From Candidatus Zhuqueibacterota bacterium (GTDB lineage: Bacteria > Zhuqueibacterota > Zhuqueibacteria > Thermofontimicrobiales > Thiofontviventaceae): a DNA stretch of 64,000 nt. The notes beneath the pieces are model-generated. The model was not told where the DNA came from. It was given only the letters and a program-made list of their open reading frames with translations, and searched no databases. Positions 34,514 to 42,604 of this stretch are shown piece by piece; position 1 is the stretch's first letter; each line of letters starts with the position of its first letter. Position numbers and translations under genes: made by a program. The DNA is taken from positions 339 to 64,338 of the forward strand of contig JAZBPW010000174.1 of NCBI GenBank assembly GCA_036351795.1, written 5' to 3'.

Positions 34514-35878
34514 ATGATCGAACAAATTTCCGATCTGAATATGCAGTTTCTCATAGAGTTGCTCAAAGACAGTGCAAATCTCAATAAGGAATTTGACATA
34601 TTGAACCGTTTTCTGAATGAGAGAAAATGCACATTTCGTGGTGAGCCTATGCCGACATACATGAAGCCAAACTTCATTTCGCCGAAGCAGACGACCACAC
34701 TGCAACAGATGGTGAATGTGATCAGTCATGTGCTGAACCGGTTCATCACGCACTATCTTCAGGATAAGCAGGTCCGGAAGATCTTTGGCTTCAGCAGTCT
34801 GGAAAATGAGCTCTTTGCCATAGAGCCCGGGTATAGTATCCCATTGGTTATTTCGCGCCTCGATGCGTTTATGGAAGATTATTCAGTGAAATTTTTGGAG
34901 TTCAATTGCGATTCACCGGCAGGTACGGCGTATTCCGATGTCATGGAAGAGGGATTCCGTCAGTTCCTCGACAGATATCCCGTGCTCGATGAGTGGAAAT
35001 TTCATTATTATATGCGCCAGGAACAGCTACTCATCGCGCTGCTCAACTGCTACAAAGAATTCAGCCAGGGAAAAAATGCAAAGCGGAATCCAACCATCGC
35101 AATCGTGGATTGGGACGACGTGTCCACGCACTCCGAGTTCGAGCTACTGAAAGAATATTTCGAAGCCAGGGAATTCCCGACCCTCATCGCCAGTCCTCAG
35201 AAGCTGAAAATCAAGAATGATAAATTGACTTTTAATGATGAGCCCATAGACATCATCTATCGTCGCGTAATTACCCGTGAGTTGCTGAAAAAGAAGGATG
35301 ATGCAGCGGATTTCATTGAAGCAGTCAAGAGAGGTATGGTCTGTATGGCCAATCCGTTTCGTTCAAATATCGTTGGTAATAAAAAAGTGCTGGCGATTTT
35401 GACAAATCCCAAGTATCAGGGTATATTCAACCGGGAGCAGCTGAAAGTTATTCGTGAATGTCTACCCTGGACACAGGTATTGAGCCGCGATAAGGCACTT
35501 TTCAATGATTTTACAGTCGATTTACGCAATTTTATCTATGATAACAAGAACAAGCTTGTGCTCAAACCGGCATGTTCCTATGGCGGCAAGGATGTTCATC
35601 TCGGATTTGAAACAGATGATGAGACCTGGCACCGTATCGTAGAGGAGAACATCGATTCCGAGGACTGGATCGTACAACAGTTTGTGAATATTCCGGAAGA
35701 GATTTTTCCCGAATTAAAGGGTGGCGGCGTGTCGATGAAACTGAAAAAGGTGAATATCAATCCATTTGCCATAAGCGGTAAATACGCCGGGACTATATCC
35801 CGTATTTCCGATAATGCCGTCATCAATGTCAGCGCTGGTGGTGGATTGATTCCGACTTTTACGGTCTCCAGAAAATAA
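34514..35878 (+). CDS. Circularly permuted ATP-grasp type 2 / glutathionylspermidine-synthase-like family protein
   Basis: Pre-ATP-grasp segment ISRLDAFMEDYSVKFLEFNCDSPAGTAY. C-terminal segment LVLKPACSYGGKDVHLG...WIVQQFVNIP...VNINPFAISGKYAGTISRIS...VINVSAGGGLIPTF. Assignment is by recollection of the family pattern. Confidence 0.55.
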   Translation: MIEQISDLNMQFLIELLKDSANLNKEFDILNRFLNERKCTFRGEPMPTYMKPNFISPKQTTTLQQMVNVISHVLNRFITHYLQDKQVRKIFGFSSLENELFAIEPGYSIPLVISRLDAFMEDYSVKFLEFNCDSPAGTAYSDVMEEGFRQFLDRYPVLDEWKFHYYMRQEQLLIALLNCYKEFSQGKNAKRNPTIAIVDWDDVSTHSEFELLKEYFEAREFPTLIASPQKLKIKNDKLTFNDEPIDIIYRRVITRELLKKKDDAADFIEAVKRGMVCMANPFRSNIVGNKKVLAILTNPKYQGIFNREQLKVIRECLPWTQVLSRDKALFNDFTVDLRNFIYDNKNKLVLKPACSYGGKDVHLGFETDDETWHRIVEENIDSEDWIVQQFVNIPEEIFPELKGGGVSMKLKKVNINPFAISGKYAGTISRISDNAVINVSAGGGLIPTFTVSRK

Positions 35879-35895
35879 TGACGCTCAAAAATGTG

Positions 35896-35924
35896 TTGAT
35901 TTTAACGGAGTTTGGTATTATATT
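35896..35924 (+). promoter_or_regulatory. Sigma70-type promoter driving the FMN riboswitch leader (TTGATT-17-TATATT)
   Basis: TTGATT at 35896-35901, a 17-nt spacer, and TATATT at 35919-35924. The -10 box lies about 25 nt upstream of the riboswitch P1 stem. Confidence 0.55.
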
Positions 35925-35948
35925 GATTATATAGTGACAAATATTCAC

Positions 35949-36121
35949 TTCTTCGGGGCAGGGTGAAATTCCCTGACCGGCGGTAAAAGCCCGCGAGTCG
36001 TGTGACATGACTGATCTGGTGGAATTCCAGAGCCGACGGTATAGTCCGGATGGGAGAAGAAATGCAAGCGACAAATCGTATTTCAAACCGCCCGAAGTTT
36101 ACACAATTCGGGTATTTTTTT
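35949..36121 (+). promoter_or_regulatory. FMN riboswitch (RFN element) with intrinsic-terminator expression platform
   Basis: The aptamer (35949-36060) reads TTCTTCGGGGCAGGGTGAAATTCCCTGACCGGCGGTAAAAGCCCGCGAG...GGTGGAATTCCAGAGCCGACGGTATAGTCCGGATGGGAGAAGA. It matches the conserved RFN core almost position for position (GGGGCAGGGTGAAATTCCC, ACCGGCGGT, AGCCCGCGAG, GCCGACNGT, AGTCNGGATGGGAGAAG). The terminator is CCCGAA (36091-36096) paired with TTCGGG (36107-36112), followed by TATTTTTTTT. Confidence 0.93.
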
Positions 36122-36157
36122 GCCAACTCAAAATGATCGGGTGTACGAAGGCTCGTC

Positions 36158-37822
36158 GTGCAGCTTCAATACAACATAAAACGGGAGAGTGAGATCAAAA
36201 CAAACCACGACATCATCGATACTGCTCAATTGCGGCAGGATGTCGGCGAACCAGCTGAAGATCGAGAGATCATCCTGGAATTCAAGAACATCTCGAAATA
36301 TTACGGTGAAACGGAAATTCTACAGGACATCAGCTGCCGGATTCATGAGGGAGAGTTTGTAAGTATTGTGGGGCCGAGCGGTTGCGGCAAGACCACGATT
36401 CTGCGAATCATCAAGGGCTTGTTGATGCCGGATTCGGGCAAGGTCTACTACAATCGCAGGATCATCAGGAGCAGGCGCGATATCGGCTTCATTTTTCAGG
36501 GTTCGAATTTGCTGCCCTGGCGCACGGTGATGGAAAACATCCGGCTTCCTCTGGAAATCTCACGCAGAGACAGTGCTGAAAATCAGGCAAAGATAAAGGA
36601 GTTCATCAGCCTCACCGGTCTCGCCGGCTCCGAAGATAAGTATCCGCATCAGCTGTCCGGCGGGATGAAGCAACTGGCTGCGCTCGCCAAGGCCCTTGTT
36701 GATGACGACAAGATCATTCTCATGGATGAACCTTTTGCCTCATTGGATCCGGCAACCCGGGAGATGATGGCGAAAAAATTACACGCGATCTGGAAGAAGA
36801 CGAATACCACGATCATTTTTGTCACGCATTTCATCGATGAAGCCGTTTTTCTCTCGGACAAGATCATCGCGCTCTCTTCAAAACCCGGTCGCGTGCTGAA
36901 AGTCGCCCGTACATCGGACTACAACGGAGGTAATTACAACAGTTACAAATATTCGATCTCGAGCAAAATCGGCGAACTCATGACGTCTGAAAACGGCAGT
37001 GGTCAGGGTCGGATGAAGAGACAGAACAATAATACAAATAAATCCTTATCGAATGTAATGAAGGGAAAGCTCGGCTACATCATGTCTTTTTCGCTGTTGA
37101 TTCTATTCATTCTGTTGTGGAAGGGTATCCTCAATATAAGTGATTACCCGGAATTCATTCTTCCATCGCCTGGTGTCGTGTTGAGCCGGTTTTTTGAGGC
37201 GCTGTCGAACAACGACCTCCTCATGCATACCGGAATCACCTTTTTCGAGGCAGTGACCGGCTTCATCATCGGCACGTTTATCGGAGTATCGGCGGGGTAT
37301 CCGCTGTCGAAAATACCGCTACTCGAGAAGATGCTATATCCTTACATCACAGCCTCGCAAACGACGCCGATCATTGCTGTCGCGCCGCTCCTCGCGCTAT
37401 GGTTCGGATTTGGACTGACGAGCAAGATCTTCATCTCCGCGTTGATCGTCCTGTTTCCCGTCCTGCTGGCAACGATCACCAGCATTCGAACCGTGGAGCG
37501 CGACCTCGGAGATATCATGCGGGCGCTCGGCGCAAGCCGTTTGCAGACACTGCTGAAGCTTGAACTGCCGGGGAGTCTGCCATACCTGTTCTCGACGATG
37601 AAAGTGGCGATCACGCTATCGCTGATCGGCGCGGTGGTGGGTGAATTCGTCTCATCGAATCGCGGACTGGGATATCTGATCATCGCCGCGAAGGGCGTGC
37701 TGGACACACCGCTACTTTTTGTCACGATTTTCATGCTCGCCTTTGTGGGAATCACGCTCTATTCATCCGTTATCCTGATTGAGAAAATGCTATTTCGATC
37801 CCGCGGCTATTATGAGCGCTGA
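36158..37822 (+). CDS. Fused ABC transporter ATPase + permease (NitT/TauT-SsuBC-like), FMN-riboswitch controlled
   Basis: N-terminal half: Walker A GPSGCGKTT, signature LSGGMKQLAALAKAL, Walker B IILMDEPFASLD and H-loop FVTH. A low-complexity linker follows (YNGGNYNSYKYS...GQGRMKRQNNNTNKS). The C-terminal half is a six-TM BPD_transp_1-type permease with an EAA-like loop ALGASRLQTLLKLELPGSLPYLFSTMKVA. The GTG start is uncertain. Confidence 0.85.
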   Translation: MQLQYNIKRESEIKTNHDIIDTAQLRQDVGEPAEDREIILEFKNISKYYGETEILQDISCRIHEGEFVSIVGPSGCGKTTILRIIKGLLMPDSGKVYYNRRIIRSRRDIGFIFQGSNLLPWRTVMENIRLPLEISRRDSAENQAKIKEFISLTGLAGSEDKYPHQLSGGMKQLAALAKALVDDDKIILMDEPFASLDPATREMMAKKLHAIWKKTNTTIIFVTHFIDEAVFLSDKIIALSSKPGRVLKVARTSDYNGGNYNSYKYSISSKIGELMTSENGSGQGRMKRQNNNTNKSLSNVMKGKLGYIMSFSLLILFILLWKGILNISDYPEFILPSPGVVLSRFFEALSNNDLLMHTGITFFEAVTGFIIGTFIGVSAGYPLSKIPLLEKMLYPYITASQTTPIIAVAPLLALWFGFGLTSKIFISALIVLFPVLLATITSIRTVERDLGDIMRALGASRLQTLLKLELPGSLPYLFSTMKVAITLSLIGAVVGEFVSSNRGLGYLIIAAKGVLDTPLLFVTIFMLAFVGITLYSSVILIEKMLFRSRGYYER

Positions 37823-37946
37823 TGTGTGACATGCCAGGTGAACCATCCTTCCCCGATTGCGTTAGATAATATCCAATGCAGTGAAAAACAGAGCAATGCG
37901 AAAGAGCATCCTTGATATCGATGATGACGTAAAGACAGGAATCGAC

Positions 37947-38939
37947 ATGAAAAAATATTTAACGATGTGTGTTGTTTGCATGTGTCTGGCGTTCATGGCC
38001 TGCAGCGGCGGAAATGACCGGCACACCGGAGAAAAGGTGAATGTCGGCCTGATCTTCGTTCCGAACGTACAGTTCGCGCCGTTTTATGTGGCCATGCACA
38101 ATAATTATTATTCAGAAGAGGGGCTGGATGTGAGCTTTGAGTTCAGCAGTCCCGCCGACGCCATCCAATTCGCGGGCATTGGCAAATTCGACTTCATTAT
38201 TGGAGATGGTGAGCAGGTGATCATTGCGAGAGACAGGGGGCTTCCTGTCAGATACATCCTGTCGCTGTACTCAAAATACCCGGTGGCAATTGCCTCTTTG
38301 TCCGGCAGCAACATTGCAGAGCCACGGGATTTGAGCGGCAAAACGGTGGGTATACCTGAGTACGCCGGCGCATCCTGGATCGGTTTTAAATCATTTTTGA
38401 AAGCCACAGGAATCGATGAATCAGATTTGGAACCGGTTGCGATCGGGTATACGCAGTCAGCAGCGCTGGCGCAGGGAAGAGTCGATGCCGCTGTGGTGTA
38501 TATCAATAATGCGCCTGTTCAGCTGCGCATGGCGGGCGAGTCCATTCGGCTTATGCGTGTGGATGATCACATATCACTGGTCTCCGCCGGCGTTATTACA
38601 AATGATGCATTGATTGAAAACAGGCCGGTGATCGTTGAAAAATTTACCAGGGCGACTCGCCGCGGGATCGAATTTGTGAAAGCGAATCCACCAGAGGCTC
38701 TGGATATCTGCTTTCAATTCATCAGCGAAGGCGGCGAGAATCGAAAGGTACAATATGAAGTGTTGAAGGAGTCCATAAAACTGTATGATGATGAATTCAG
38801 TGTTTCAGCGGGTACCGGTGCGAGTGATCCGGGGGATTGGGCTAATACACAGAGTATTCTGTTCGATTTGAAACTGATAAAAGAAAAAAAGAATATCGAT
38901 GTGTACTTCACTAATAAGTACATAATAAATAATAACTAA
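37947..38939 (+). CDS. NMT1/THI5-like ABC substrate-binding lipoprotein (ThiY/RibY-like)
   Basis: Start moved to ATG 37947, giving a lipoprotein-like signal peptide MKKYLTMCVVCMCLAFMAC-SGG. Pattern NVGLIFVPNVQFAPFYVAMHNNYYSEEGLDV is typical of NMT1/THI5-like NitT/TauT binding proteins. Confidence 0.8.
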   Translation: MKKYLTMCVVCMCLAFMACSGGNDRHTGEKVNVGLIFVPNVQFAPFYVAMHNNYYSEEGLDVSFEFSSPADAIQFAGIGKFDFIIGDGEQVIIARDRGLPVRYILSLYSKYPVAIASLSGSNIAEPRDLSGKTVGIPEYAGASWIGFKSFLKATGIDESDLEPVAIGYTQSAALAQGRVDAAVVYINNAPVQLRMAGESIRLMRVDDHISLVSAGVITNDALIENRPVIVEKFTRATRRGIEFVKANPPEALDICFQFISEGGENRKVQYEVLKESIKLYDDEFSVSAGTGASDPGDWANTQSILFDLKLIKEKKNIDVYFTNKYIINNN

Positions 38940-38958
38940 AATCATAAATATATTTCAC

Positions 38959-38987
38959 TTGACATGAAACCAAATTATCTTTATATT
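38959..38987 (+). promoter_or_regulatory. Sigma70-type promoter (TTGACA-17-TATATT) upstream of the beta-propeller gene
   Basis: TTGACA at 38959-38964, a 17-nt spacer, and TATATT at 38982-38987. Confidence 0.55.
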
Positions 38988-39055
38988 GGTTTAAACCTTG
39001 AATCTTATCCCATGAAATGGCTGTATTTGGGGGTATTACATTTGAGGCGGATCTT

Positions 39056-41266
39056 ATGAAAAAAACAACGATTATTTTATTTATTCTTTCTACCCTTCTA
39101 CTTCACTCCGCGATTCACGCTGACATTGGTGACTGGACCACATTCACAAATAAGAGTGATGTGAGAGATATCAGCGTTCATGGCGATAACATCTGGTGCG
39201 CCACAAACGGAGGCGTGTTCAAGTTCAACGTTGTCGACAGCAGTTATGAGGTGTTTACCAATACCTCAGGATTGACGTCGAATGATATCAGTACGCTTGA
39301 AATCGACAGCAATGGCGACGTCTGGTTTGGTTTGACCGATGGATTTATCAATATTTATCGTTCGATCGATGGGGCATGGGATGTTATCGATGACTATTCC
39401 GGCCAGAAGATATACGATATGAAGTTTTACAGTGATTCGCTGTTTGTTGCCTTGGATATCGGCGTCAGTCTGTACAACATCGCGCGAAAAGAGGTGAAAG
39501 AGACATACAAGAATCTGGGACCGGGGTTTCAGGTGGAAATTCCGGTGAAATCGATACATCTGGAGGGGCGCGATATCTGGCTGGGGACAGATTACGGCAT
39601 TGCCCGCTCGAATCTGGATATCGCGAATCTATTGGCACCGGAGAGCTGGACGAATTACACCACATTTAATTCGCAGATAGTCAGCAATGAAATCAGATCG
39701 ATCACATCTCTGAATGGTATAATTTTTGTTGCTACAAATGAAGGAGTGAGTCAGTTTGATGGTGCTCTTTGGTCGGATTTCAGTACAGGGCTTGATATCC
39801 CCGATAAAAAAGATGTCTACGACCTGGATAGCTTAGAGGACATGCTCTACGCCGGGACGACCGTCGGTGTGTATCGGTTCATTGATAACAGTTGGAGAGT
39901 CGTTAAAGAAGGCTTCTGGAACGTGAATTCGCTGGCGGTTGACAGGAATGGCGACATTTGGGCAGGCCGGCCGAAAACTTCAAAGAGTCAGGGATTTTCA
40001 CGATTCAGCATGAGCAATAACGCGTGGACACACATTGTTCCACCAGGTCCGGCTGGTAACAATTTCAAAGGTTTGGCAGTAGATCACGATGGTGTGCTCT
40101 GGGGGTGCTCCACCACAGACGGCATTTTCCGCTTCGATGGTATCGATTGGCAAAGTATCCGGAAAAATGAGTACGGTTTCTCATCGGATGATTTCTGGGC
40201 CGTCAAAGTCGATAATGACAACAACAAGTGGTTTGCCAGTTGGGGGGGCGGCGTTGTGAAGATTGATGCCAATGATCAGATGACGTTCTATGATCATCGA
40301 TACCTCAGCGGTATCAACACGGATCCGGAATATATACCGGTCACAAATGTGGCGATCGATAACAACGGCAATGCCTGGTTCACGATATACGGTGCTGAGG
40401 ATGGAAACGTGGTCGCTGTTGTAACCCCTGACGGGCAATGGCAGTATTTTTCCACAACAGACGGTGTAAAGACCAATCCGGCAAATGAATTATACGGCAT
40501 TACATCAGACCGTTTCAATCGGGTCTGGGTCGGGTCGAGAAGCGGCATCACTGTCATCGATTATGGGAACACGCTGTTCGATAAATCGGACGACAACCTC
40601 ACTGGGACTTTAACGGTTAGCGATGGTCTGGTCAACAATGATGTGCGTTCGCTTGCAGAAGATTATGATGGTGCCATGTGGCTGGGCACCAATCAGGGGT
40701 TGAATTACTGGCTCGGTGGCAATGTGTATACCATGAGCGGCGTGATTCATGATAACATTCAGACCATTACCGTCGATGTGAGAAACAACAAATGGTTTGG
40801 AACGATCGGCGGAGTGAGTGTTCTGGCGCCTGATAATTACACCTGGACGCATTACACGACGGAAAACAGTCCACTTGTCGGCGCTAATGTGACAGCCATT
40901 GCCTTTGATGACGCCACCGGCAAGGTCTATATCGGAACAACGAACGGTCTGTCATGCCTGGAAACACCATTTGCAAAGGCACATGCAAATCTTGATCATG
41001 TACAGGCCGGGCCAAATCCATATATATTGAGCGAAGGACAGAAGTTTACAATATACAAGCTGGCTGATGAGGTATCCATCAAAATACTGACACCCGACGG
41101 CATGCTCGTGCGAGATGTCGGAAAAGATGATATTCAGGGATTTTACGTGTGGGATGGGCGCAATGATGACGGCGAGTTTGTCTCGAGCGGCATCTATATT
41201 TACGCTATATATGACGGGGATACAGGAGAGTCAAAAATCGGAAAAATAGCCGTCGTTCGGGAATGA
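39056..41266 (+). CDS. Secreted beta-propeller protein built of two-component-regulator-propeller (Reg_prop-like) repeats with class-2 C-terminal sorting-type domain
   Basis: Start moved to ATG 39056 (signal peptide MKKTTIILFILSTLLLHSAIHA). There are at least 12 repeats of the type V..IA.D..G..W.GT..G. (examples: DISTLEIDSNGDVWFGLTDG, FKGLAVDHDGVLWGCSTTDG, VRSLAEDYDGAMWLGTNQG). C-terminus GPNPYILSEGQKFTIYKL...SSGIYIYAIYDGDTGESKIGKIAVVRE. Confidence 0.75.
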   Translation: MKKTTIILFILSTLLLHSAIHADIGDWTTFTNKSDVRDISVHGDNIWCATNGGVFKFNVVDSSYEVFTNTSGLTSNDISTLEIDSNGDVWFGLTDGFINIYRSIDGAWDVIDDYSGQKIYDMKFYSDSLFVALDIGVSLYNIARKEVKETYKNLGPGFQVEIPVKSIHLEGRDIWLGTDYGIARSNLDIANLLAPESWTNYTTFNSQIVSNEIRSITSLNGIIFVATNEGVSQFDGALWSDFSTGLDIPDKKDVYDLDSLEDMLYAGTTVGVYRFIDNSWRVVKEGFWNVNSLAVDRNGDIWAGRPKTSKSQGFSRFSMSNNAWTHIVPPGPAGNNFKGLAVDHDGVLWGCSTTDGIFRFDGIDWQSIRKNEYGFSSDDFWAVKVDNDNNKWFASWGGGVVKIDANDQMTFYDHRYLSGINTDPEYIPVTNVAIDNNGNAWFTIYGAEDGNVVAVVTPDGQWQYFSTTDGVKTNPANELYGITSDRFNRVWVGSRSGITVIDYGNTLFDKSDDNLTGTLTVSDGLVNNDVRSLAEDYDGAMWLGTNQGLNYWLGGNVYTMSGVIHDNIQTITVDVRNNKWFGTIGGVSVLAPDNYTWTHYTTENSPLVGANVTAIAFDDATGKVYIGTTNGLSCLETPFAKAHANLDHVQAGPNPYILSEGQKFTIYKLADEVSIKILTPDGMLVRDVGKDDIQGFYVWDGRNDDGEFVSSGIYIYAIYDGDTGESKIGKIAVVRE

Positions 41267-42600
41267 AAATAAGAAGATTAGCGAGTTCACCGCTCACCAT
41301 ATTGTTCATATGCGCGGTTGTTATTTATTGTATCGTTCTTTGGCATATTTATCAGAACAGCGAGATCGCAATTACCGGAGACGCTGCCGAATATATTCGC
41401 AGCGCTCATAACCTGATTGATCACCATGTGATATACTGCGGCGACTTATCAGAGCCGGTCAATCCGGATCTTTTCAGCAGAAGACTGTTCATGTACCCGG
41501 CGTTGATCGCGTTTGTCATCTATCTTTTTAACAACTATTATCTTGTCATTGGTTTACAGATGATGCTTGTATTTATCAATGTGTTTTTGATCCTGACGTT
41601 GTTGAAGGAGATGAACGTTTCTGAAAAGTGGTCCCGGATCTGCGCGGCGATTTATCTGATATATCCTTCTCAGATTATTTTTACCGGCATTATCATGACT
41701 GAAATATTGTTGCAGTCTTTTCTGCTTAGCGCCTTTTTCTTTTACAGTCGCTTCTTCCGTGAGAGAACGCTCATGAACTTGTTCTTGTACAACCTGATGC
41801 TAATGGGCGCCGTCGCGACGAAGCCAGTGATGCTTTACATCTGGCTGCCGAATATTGTGGTGCATTTATGGGCATATGCGAAAGAGAGAAAGAGGTTGAT
41901 CCTGGTATTTCCGGCGATGTTGTTGATATTGATCTCAGCCTGGAGCTATCGAAACGAAAGGATGACGGGCGTTTATCATTTCTCTTCGATCAGGAATCAT
42001 AATCTGTTGAATTACAATATTCGCTCTTTGCTCACTGTTAAGTATGGACAGGTAGAGGCAGACAGGGTGATTGATGACATTGAAATGCATGCCGAACAGC
42101 GGAACACCTATCCGGAAAAGTATGATTATCTGGAGTCCAGGATCAAGGACATTCTGAAGGAATATCCGCTGGAATATGCAGCACACCATATGAAAGGGCT
42201 GTTGAACTTTTTCCTGGATCCGGGCCGTTTCGAGTTATGTGCCTTTTTTAACTGTGTGGAATCCGTGAGTTTTTCGACTCTCTATAACCGGTATGGATAC
42301 GGCGCTGTTTTCCGTTATTTAATGCGCGCACCAGTCCATATGCTGATAATTATTCTTGCTACGGCGATAATAAATCTTGCATTATTTGTATCGTTTTTTT
42401 ATTTTATAGTAGCCAGGCGAAGGATCGAATTCGAATGCTGGGCCTGGCTGATGATGATATGCGCGTATATCGCGTTGATAACCGGTCCGATCGGTGCGTC
42501 CCGATTCCGGTTGCCGATATTTCCTTTTCTGGTTATTATATTTGCGTTGACCCGTCTTCGCGTTTCGGGCATCAAATCTGTGGGGCCATTGATTTATTGA
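41263..42600 (+). CDS. Polytopic membrane protein, GT-C-fold glycosyltransferase-like (PMT_2/ArnT-like)
   Basis: ATGA start/stop overlap with the upstream propeller gene. About 10-11 predicted TM helices. The first-loop acidic motif ITGDAAEYIRSAHNL resembles the GT-C (GT39/GT83) catalytic-loop pattern. The assignment is tentative. Confidence 0.45.
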   Translation: MKIRRLASSPLTILFICAVVIYCIVLWHIYQNSEIAITGDAAEYIRSAHNLIDHHVIYCGDLSEPVNPDLFSRRLFMYPALIAFVIYLFNNYYLVIGLQMMLVFINVFLILTLLKEMNVSEKWSRICAAIYLIYPSQIIFTGIIMTEILLQSFLLSAFFFYSRFFRERTLMNLFLYNLMLMGAVATKPVMLYIWLPNIVVHLWAYAKERKRLILVFPAMLLILISAWSYRNERMTGVYHFSSIRNHNLLNYNIRSLLTVKYGQVEADRVIDDIEMHAEQRNTYPEKYDYLESRIKDILKEYPLEYAAHHMKGLLNFFLDPGRFELCAFFNCVESVSFSTLYNRYGYGAVFRYLMRAPVHMLIIILATAIINLALFVSFFYFIVARRRIEFECWAWLMMICAYIALITGPIGASRFRLPIFPFLVIIFALTRLRVSGIKSVGPLIY

Positions 42601-42604
42601 GATT

